Shown piece by piece: positions 54,930 to 64,000 of a DNA stretch of 64,000 bases. The notes under the pieces are model-generated. The model ran no database searches and was not told the DNA's origin. It worked only from the letters and a program-made list of their open reading frames with translations. The translations under genes were made by a program, and so were the position numbers. Numbering within the stretch: position 1 is the stretch's first letter; each line of letters begins with the position of its first letter. This DNA is from Octopus vulgaris. Its lineage: Eukaryota. The stretch covers positions 170,934,001-170,998,000 of the forward strand of contig OX597815.1 in NCBI GenBank assembly GCA_951406725.2, written 5' to 3'.

Positions 54930-55603
54930 AAGGGTGAAAAGGAACACACGAGTTGATATATATGAAAAAACAAGTCAAAAATAGAAAATGCTAAAATAAT
55001 TTTATAGTGAACATTTCAGTACCGGTTTCGGTCATTTTGAGACCTTTTCAACTGTAACGATTAAATAATTAAATTTAGAAAAATTAGAAGAAAAGTTTTT
55101 TTAAAGTAGTGTTCAGATATAAGTGGCATTCTGCCTTTCTCCGACTCCCTTGTTTGCACTTGTGTGTTCGAGGTCGTTGTGAGTTCTTGGTAGGGTAGTA
55201 GAGGAAGAGGGCTGGTGAGGAAAGGGGGTGGAGAATCTGGGAGTGCCCTGATGGTCGTATTTTGAATGGTCAGTGGCGGCTGGCAGTCTCAGTTCAATTC
55301 AGGAGAATATTTATATTGACAGGCTTGTTTATAGAATTAGCGTAGGTGTTATACTAAAAAACATTAGTGACAAAGTTAAGGGGTAGGGGTGGAGAAGTAG
55401 AAGAAGAAGAAGAAGAAGAAGAAGGAGAAGGAGAAGGAGAAGGAGAAGGAGAAGATGACGATGATGGTGGTGATGATTATGACGACGATGATGATGATAA
55501 TGATGATGATGAAGAAGAAGAAGAAGAAGGAGGAGAAGGAGAAGATGGTGGTGATGATGGTGGTGATGATGATGACGACGATGATGATGATAATGATGAT
55601 GAT

Positions 55604-55636
<33 letters not shown>

Positions 55637-55664
55637 AAAAACAGAGAAGGGAGAATATGAATGG

Positions 55665-55880
55665 GCCCTGCACAGATCCCAGATAAAAATTCCCCAAAAC
55701 AGAAAAATAGCTTTTAGCCAACACATAGATACTTGCGCCAACAAAAAAACACCAAACTTCAGAATTTTCCCCCTCTACCAATTTAGGGACGATACAACCT
55801 CGAGACAACGAATAAGTAAAGAAAATCTCTTTATTACAAAATACAAGCCCCTTCTTAACGGGTCTACGACAAACAATTAA
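55665..55880 (+). pseudogene. C-terminal fragment of PLE GIY-YIG endonuclease
   Basis: ALHRSQIKIPQNRKIAFSQHIDTCANKKTPNFRIFPLYQFRDDTTSRQRISKENLFITKYKPLLN* matches the H..S.H....C...F.I.P.....R..KE..FI..YKP.LN pattern of PLE endonucleases. Confidence 0.8.
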
Positions 55881-56597
55881 TATACCTCAACTTTAGAATA
55901 AAAGAAAAATATATATACACACACAAATATTACACTCCATAGAATCCATTACTAATCAGCCCCTTCATAGCTATATTTACACCCATTCATATTCTCCCTT
56001 CTCTGTTTTTTTCTTCTTCTTCTTCTTCTTCCTCTTTCTTCTTCATCATCATCATTATCATCATCATCGTCGTCATCATCATCACCACCATCATCACACC
56101 ATCCTTCTCCTCCTTCTTCTTCTTCTTCATCATCATCATTATCATCATCATCGTCGTCATAATCATCACCACCATCACCATCATCGTCATCTTCTTCTCC
56201 TTCTCCTTCTCCTTCTTCTTCTTCTTCTTCTTCTTCTACTTCTCCACCCCCTACCCCTTAACTTTGTCACTAATGTTTTTTAGTATAACACCTACGCTAA
56301 TTCTATAAACAAGCCTGTCAATATAAATATTCTCCTGAATTGAACTGAGACTGCCAGCCGCCACTGACCATTCAAAATACGACCATCAGGGCACTCCCAG
56401 ATTCTCCCACCCCCTTTCCTCACCAGCCCTCTTCCTCTACTACCCTACCAAGAACTCACAACGACCTCGAACACACAAGTGCAAACAAGGGAGTCAGAGA
56501 AAGGCAGAATGCCACTTATATCTGAACACTACTATAGAAATATTCCTTTAAAAAAACTTTTCTTCTAATTTTTCTAAATTTAATTATTTAATCGTTA

Positions 56598-56635
56598 CAG
56601 TTGAAAAGGTCTCAAAATGACCGAAACCGGTACTG
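56598..56635 (+). ncRNA. Minimal hammerhead ribozyme motif with U3-A8 core variant
   Basis: CAG-TTGAAAA-GGTC tcaaaat GACC-GAAACCGGTA-CTG: stem I CAG/CTG, stem II GGTC/GACC, palindromic stem III ACCGGT, GUA cleavage triplet. An identical inverted copy lies at 55017-55054 (minus). Confidence 0.75.
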
Positions 56636-56684
56636 AAATGTTCACTATAAAATTATTTTAGCATTTTCTATTTTTGACTTGTTT

Positions 56685-56730
<46 letters not shown>

Positions 56731-56742
56731 CTATTTTTGATT

Positions 56743-56775
<33 letters not shown>

Positions 56776-57439
56776 CTTGTGTGTGTGTGTGTGTGTGTAT
56801 GTGTGTGTGTTGAACTACATTGGCTGTTATATCATGTATGTATGTAGGTATGAATGTATATGGGTAAGTAGGTGTAAACATTTACAATGTTTGGGTTTTT
56901 ATCCTTATCCGACAAAAGACCAAAATGCATAGAAGCAAAAATAAATTAATTAATTAATAAAAATAGAATAAATATAAAAAAGAAGTAATGAGAAAATGCT
57001 CAGGTAAATTACTAAATTTACGGCATTTTTCGAAGTACGAGCTGTTGCAATAATTAATGTCATTAATTAAATGAGGATAAATGGCAAGTTAGTGAACAAC
57101 AAATAAGCATCAGAAAATTAATTAGAAAACTACTGATGAATAAATACACCACGTGCACCAAATCTTTGCATATCTTGATCAATAAAACATGTCCTGAAAT
57201 CATCTAGATTGGTTTCTGTTTAGAGTTTTTAATTAGTAATGTATCACACAAGATGATTTGTGATAGGTTTCAATCGTAAGCTCAAATCTCACTACATTCC
57301 GAGTCATTTTTTGCTTCGTACTCTAACGCAATGGTCCCCAATCAGTTTTGCACCACGGACCGGTTTCGGGTAAGACAATTTCTGCCTGGACCGGAAGATC
57401 ATGCGCATAACAAAACACATATTCTTTTTATTACAAATA

Positions 57440-57487
<48 letters not shown>

Positions 57488-57520
57488 GCACATACATACA
57501 TACACACACATATATATAAT

Positions 57521-57735
57521 CAAGGCCAGAAATTTTGGGGGAGAGGGGCCAGTCGATTAGATCGACTCCAGTGCGCAACTGATATTTAATTTATCGATCC
57601 CGAAAGGATGAAAGGCAAAGTTGACTTCGACGGAATCTGAACTCAGAACGTTAAGACAGACGAAACACCGCTAAGTATTTCGCCCGGCTAAGCATTTTGC
57701 CTGGCATGCCAATGATTCTACCAACTCGCCGCCTT
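57521..57735 (-). mobile_element. SINE family 2 copy
   Basis: TTTATCGATCCCGAAAGGATGAAAGGCAAAGTTGAC..AACTCAGAACG..CTCGCCGCCT. Confidence 0.8.
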
Positions 57736-58186
57736 CCTCAGCTTTATTATTTGCATTCATTTTACCCTTGTATATACTAATTTCTTTTAGTATTACCAGC
57801 TACAGAAAATATTCTTTCTTGAGGGGGTATATTAAATCGAAACGTGTCCGTTGCTTTCACCAAATGCTTTGTAAAATCAGGTTCCCTCAATCTACACTGT
57901 ATTTAATCTTCCAAAATATCTACTGACTATCCAAATTACATGTTTTTTAGGCTTTAACTACGGCGAGGCATTTACCCTACCAATTTTATGTAAATTTAGT
58001 TGATCTAAACATTTTAAACTCGCTATTATATATGAGAGAATCTATCGTACTTCTATTTAACATGCAGTATAATCTCCTGCCCGAGATATTTTATCGTATC
58101 TATATTATATTATTAAAATTCATAATCGGTAACAATACATTGGTTTTATATTTACATATTATATCGCATTCTCTTAGTCTTCTCAG

Positions 58187-58230
<44 letters not shown>

Positions 58231-59145
58231 AGGTTTAACAAAACCGAGACTTATTCAGCATATGCTCAAAAGACCAAATTCATATTCATTCTAATCTGCA
58301 TTGGCTATATTCACCGTACTGCAGTAATTTCTCTTCTCAGTTGTTTTTAGATTTTAAACACCACTAGATTATATGAAAAGTTCCAAAAGGGGAAAATTAG
58401 GAAATTATTTCTCACATCTGGGGCCATAATTTCAGTCCATCTTGTAATAAAAATGAACTGAGATAATACCACAATAGGAAAAATCATTAGATATGAAAAT
58501 ATAAGCTGGACATAGCAATTACTCTAGATACATATTAAAATGTAATAGTTGAGCAATAAACTCCGGAGAAACGTATTCATGAATTCATCTACAAAAATAA
58601 AAACATTAATGGCTTAATGCCTATTAGCCTTTCTCTTAATGTAATGTTCTTGTCAATTCTTTTATCGATTTGTAAGCGAACAGAATTGAAACTAGATATG
58701 TATTCCCCTTGAATATTTAGCTCATTTTCCAAGTTAGTCAATAAAGTATGCATGTAGCTATTAGTAATGAAATATATCAGAATGCCTGGTTGAGAAAAAG
58801 ACATTCTATTGATAATTTAAAAAAAGAAACATGTTGAATTCATTCCAATCGGAAATAACCATTACATTATTTTGTGTTTTTTGTTGTATTTTTGTGTCAA
58901 TGCTCATAAAACTTAAAACTGTACATGGATGAACTATAAGGTTATTTGGAGAAAACGAAAAACTTATACGTGTTGTATTGTCTATGATACGATCGATTTC
59001 TTCCATTATGATGGCGATACAAGATGTATTACTATAAATATAGCTATGTTAATATTTTAGATAATAAATATACGTATGAGCAACAGTGCAAACTAAAGTA
59101 ATATATAGCGAATTTAGATATCTAGATAAAGGTTAACTTGGAGTG

Positions 59146-59205
<60 letters not shown>

Positions 59206-59314
59206 CCCTGCTCGCTTAGCCAGCGGGGTGGCGTCATTCGAAGGCTAAAACAATGCGAACGCATTGTGATCAGCGATGTCTAACAACATCTGATGGTCTG
59301 GTCGGTCACGTGAT

Positions 59315-59356
<42 letters not shown>

Positions 59357-59474
59357 AATATGCACACATGCGCGCACCTACACATGCACACGCACACACA
59401 CACTTACCCCCCCACACACACACACACATATGTATACAGAGAAAGAAAGGGACAATAGCCAATGTGTTAAATAC

Positions 59475-59704
59475 CTATTTCTTTACTACCCACAAGGGGC
59501 TAAACATAGAGGGGACAAACAAGGACAGACAAACGGATTGAGTCGATTATATCGACCCCCCCCAGAGCGTAACTGGTACTTACTTAATCAACCCCGAAAG
59601 GATGAAAGGCAAAGTCGACCTCGGCGGAATTTGAACTCAGAACGTAGCGGTAGACGAAATACTGCTAAGCATTTTGCCCGGCGTGCTAACGTTTCTGCCG
59701 CCTT
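59475..59704 (-). mobile_element. SINE family 2 copy
   Basis: CCCCGAAAGGATGAAAGGCAAAGTCGACCTCGGCGGAATTTGAACTCAGAACG. Other decayed copies at ~15600-15760, ~18375-18580, ~25080-25290 and ~40860-41170. Confidence 0.82.
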
Positions 59705-59842
59705 AATACAGAAATAATACATGATTTAATACCATTTTCTTTCGCTTCTAGAAAACACATCATAATTACCAAATGGCAGTTATGGCCAGCTCCGCTTCAG
59801 AAGAGAAGATTCTCTCAGTATTTAAGTAATTCTCCCGAACTG

Positions 59843-60016
59843 ACATGTCATTAAGGAAAAGGACAGGCTTCTTTCCTTGAGTTAAGAGGACAGACGTGAA
59901 CACATGCTGTTTCTGGTCACATTAACGTGCTGATGAAGGCTACTAAGATTGAAACGTGTACACGAATTTTCTCCTTTCTCCAAGCAATAAGCCTGTCTTT
60001 TCCCTTAAAAGGCATG
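59843..60016 (+). mobile_element. Short degenerate fold-back element with central hammerhead motif
   Basis: Arms catgtcattaaggaaaaggacaggctt... / ...aagcctgtcttttcccttaaaaggcatg. HHR at 59926-59964: CGTG-CTGATGA-aggctactaagatt-GAAACGTGTA-CACG, with a degenerate stem II. Confidence 0.6.
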
Positions 60017-61083
60017 CCGGTTGTGATGAAAACCTGATTCTTGAATTTTTTTCTCCTGAAATTGAGTTGTTCACAGTTACTATTTGCAAATTATGATGCT
60101 TCGTCTGGAGGTGGAGGTAGTTTTAATAAATGAATTTTTGTTGTCTATGTTATTCAAATACATGCGATTAGCCACTTTGAATTGCTTCCCTTAGATAATT
60201 TTTGTTTGAAGTATGAAAACTACGTAGGCCACAACTGTTTCTAATCTGTTTTATACAAGTCTAATTCCTTTGGCAGCTGAAGATAAAGTCGGCAAATTCT
60301 GTGCTGGTGAAGGCTTGAATCAGAAACATGTATCCACGACTCTCCTGGGCATGATATTTTCCTCAATAGAAAGTCACTTTAAAAGAAACTTGAATCATGT
60401 GATTACCTCCCCTTTTCATTATTATCACTTGGTGATTATGATATATGTCTTCGAAGGTGGAGATAATTTCAAGAGATCAAGAATTTTTGTTGCGTATTAT
60501 TTGACGTACTGGCATTTGTCTATTTTATTCAAATGCATACCATTGACTTCTTCGAGTTATTGCACTTAGCTCATTTTTGCATATATGTGTGTGTGTATGT
60601 GTGTATACGAACGCGTGCCTACGTGTGTGTGTACACATAGTCTCACACATTCTCTCTCTCTCCCTACACACATGTAATTCAGGTTGTCTTTATTTTGTGA
60701 GAGAAGACCATCATCGTGAAAGAAGTTTCCTTTAATAGAAGGGATGGTCTTTAAGTTTACAAAGTAGAATCATCCCGTTAGAGTAACGATCACACCTGCT
60801 GACAACTAATGGAGGTCTGCAGCATTTTATCCAAAAGCACAGTTCATTATAAGCAACACTTTCTTTACCTTGCGGCAAAATTCTATTTTCTATAGAGATG
60901 ATAGGATATGTGCAAAAGAAATGGCCTTATGTTGAGAAGGATCAGTGATAGTTGCCTCTTTTACGTTAACTTGAAGAAATGTGAACATTTAATCGCGAGG
61001 GAAGAGCTTTAAACCATTTAATCTCATCCAATATCTCTAACTAAATATCTGATTCACTATAAACAGGTAATACGCGCGAACCT

Positions 61084-61418
61084 GAGACCCCCTTCGGTCA
61101 CGACACAGACCATGGGATTGCACCTAGAAAGTTACCCTCCCAGGCACAAGTCCGGGCAAGATTGCTTTTATGGAAGACCAGCAGACACCCATGCATACCG
61201 GCCTCCCCTCTCTACGCCACCAGCGTTATCCAAGGGAAAGACAAGGGCCGATACAGCTTGGCACCTGTGACGTCGCAACTCATTTCTAAAGCTGAGTGAA
61301 CTGGAGCAACGTGAAATAAAGTGTCTTGCTCAAGAACACAACACGCAACCCGGTCCGGGATTCGAGCTCACAACCTCAAGGTCGTAAGCTCGACGCTCTA
61401 ACCACTGAGCCATGCGCG
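61084..61418 (-). mobile_element. tRNA-derived SINE family 3 (CORE-like), full copy
   Basis: Reverse complement: GCGCATGGCTCAGTGGTTAGAGCG..TCGAATCCCGG..TTCTTGAGCAAGACACTTTATTTCAC. Homologous to 12095-12385. Confidence 0.8.
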
Positions 61419-62674
61419 CGAACCTAACCCGTAGTAAATAGACGATATGTGTGTGTGAGTGCGCGTGTATGTAATAAGCTAGTGTATCAGTGTGCGCTCA
61501 CAAATTTGTGCATGTTGCATTGTTGCAATGTTTTCCACACTACTGCACTACCAACGGAACATATCCAACACAGTCGCTTGACATTTTAGAAGTAGCAATC
61601 CGTCCCTACTATTTTTCAGAAGAGGACACATTAGATGATATACTTCTACGAATCTTTAAAAGACATGTTTCCTATGACTTGAATCATTTTCCTCATAAAA
61701 CTGCTCGATGAAAGATGCTCAGGGTTAAACAACCACATGACAACCATTTAAAATGATTTTTCTCAGTTACATTTTTCTTTTATCTTTTTTCTTTCGCAGT
61801 ATCTTATTTAGTCGCCTTGGTGTCTATTTTACTGACGACTATTTAATTGGTTAATGTCTGAAGATACTCTTTATCATTATTTTTTAATACTATCCTATAT
61901 ATATAATATTATTCTGTATATTTTCTTTTATATTGATATAAAAAGATATCCACAAACGTATGTAAAAACTTCAGTATTGTAAGTAATTTAGATATTAGTA
62001 GCTATAAAGTTTCTGAGAGTAATTTTCTGTTTCAACAGTTATAAATTAAACTATATTTTATGTATCAGATTTACGAAAACTAAAAGTACAAACCTAGAAA
62101 TATAGATTTACATACTTCAAATATAGTAAGATAGTATTGCGATGTCTGCTGGGTAATACCATGTATCACGAGTAAGGTGCAATGATGCTGCTATATTCCT
62201 GTTTGCGTAAAATAGTCGATACTCGGCCAACTATTTTGACTTGCAATGATATGTATTGATAACATACAAAATGTCTAAATATGTGTATAACAATGTATAT
62301 TATACGTATATTCCAATGAGGGTAGGTGGAAGTAACTTCTTCACTCCTTATGCTCAACATCAATTGAAATCATTTTCCAAGCCGAACATACACACATACA
62401 TAAACACATAAACACATATATACACACATACGTACATACATACATATATATATGCATATATACATACACACATAAACAAATATATACATACATACGTACA
62501 TTTACACACACGCATAAATACATACATATATACACTTACATACATAAGACAAAACATAAATCTACACATATACATACATACATACATACATACATACATA
62601 CATACATACATACATACATACATACATACATACATACATACATACATACATACATACATACATACATACATACA

Positions 62675-62707
<33 letters not shown>

Positions 62708-63530
62708 GCATACATACATAATGCAATAATATACATCCGAAATGGCGATCCGAAGCAAGTAGAAGGGGTAAACCGGTGGAATCCGACTTGCTATTCCTCC
62801 ATGGTAAGAATACAAGCCGGTCTGATAGCATCACCAAGAAGGAAAACATATGCAAATGTGTGATGATAATATAGTTAAAGAATAACATTTTGCATCATAA
62901 AAGCTGCATTAATTTGGCACGGAATGGTGGAAAGAAAGAAACGTTTGACATTTCGGATTTCGTTATTTTATCGGCTAAAATGACAAGGAAAAACTGAGTA
63001 AGGAAAAAAAGTGACAAACAGATGTCTGATCCATGTGGTTTTATGAGTAGGCTATGTTTTCAGTGAAGAAGAAATAGGAAGCGGAAAAATCATTTTGTAA
63101 CAAGAGAAATTCAATAAAGGGAGATAACATTCACAGTTCGTGTATTTCGTACGTTTAAGTATGTTTGTTTGTAGAAGTGTCAGTTAGTGCGCGTATATTA
63201 TGTGTAAACGTAGACTGGTGTGTATATGTGTGCTATTTGTATACACATATTTACATACACACTCGCTGTCATGAATCAGCTAATACTGTAAGCACTTTCC
63301 GTTGTAAAAAAAACAGCTTTCTTCCCTTACCATCCTCACTCGAACAAAAAAAAAAAAAAGAAATACAAAGGAAGCTTATTCGTGAAGGCACGTGGTTTAC
63401 ACCCTCCCTGTTTTTCTTTTTTTTCCTTCTTTCCATCTGTTGAAGGAATTACAAACCCGAAACGTTAAAATTTTCTTTACTTCGTTCATTCAGCACCAAA
63501 GTAGCTATAAAAATGTTATTCTTTGAGTTG

Positions 63531-63565
<35 letters not shown>

Positions 63566-63589
63566 CATACATACATATACATATATATA

Positions 63590-63633
<44 letters not shown>

Positions 63634-64000
63634 ATGGAAGAAATGGAGTTGAACGAAGATTGTACAGAATTCCTTTTATTACATTCTACACATGTTTCAA
63701 AGGCCACAAATTTCCAAATTCTGAATAAATAAGGGTCCCATATTGGGGCTTTCTCTTCAGGAAGCAAACGCTAGAACTATATATACCCTTAGGATTCTTT
63801 GACGATGTTAAATTTTGACAAGCAGGCCTAGACGAACACACGAACACAAAAAATTTTTTCAGCCGCCTGACAGGTTTTTTCAGCAGTGATCATTATGTAG
63901 CCCACCTCGCCAGCACACGGCCGCGCACACATAGGCCAGTACACACATACATGCTTTTAGGTAGTTTTTTTTGTCTCGCCCCCAAAAATACACCCAGTAT

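Larger units (their letters stand above)
54957..56692 (+). mobile_element. 5'-truncated Penelope-like element with ~700-bp inverted arms (inverted pseudo-LTR)
   Basis: 54957-55665 is a near-identical reverse complement of 55982-56692. The spacer encodes a GIY-YIG C-terminal half. An HHR lies in each arm, and the element is embedded in (TA)n. Confidence 0.88.

Noticed and set aside
55329-55880. Long poly-His/Glu/Asp/Met/Leu ORFs
   Set aside because: These are translations of triplet microsatellites in the PLE arm; only 55665-55880 has real coding signal.

Overview
This is AT-rich, microsatellite-dense eukaryotic non-coding DNA, either intronic or intergenic. The repeat content strongly suggests an octopus/coleoid cephalopod genome (inference). 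I see no intact protein-coding gene, and almost all ORFs in the track are microsatellite translations. The window holds at least three families of tRNA-derived SINEs, a 5'-truncated R4/Dong-type LINE inserted in a (TAA)n tract, RTE-clade LINE 3' fragments, several Penelope-like element (PLE) remnants, decayed hAT and Tc1/mariner transposase remnants, a hAT MITE and a Helentron-like non-autonomous element. The most striking structure is a recurrent set of fold-back (inverted-arm) retroelements carrying minimal hammerhead ribozyme (HHR) motifs. Two copies of a ~630-670 bp palindromic element (16072-16699; 20400-22738) are built from divergent tRNA-Arg-like Pol III heads, (AAT)n spacers and PLE-type HHR tails, with 13-bp target-site duplications. 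A young PLE (54957-56692) has ~700-bp inverted arms and an HHR carrying the compensatory U3-A8 core variant. One weak candidate host exon lies at 18992-19061.
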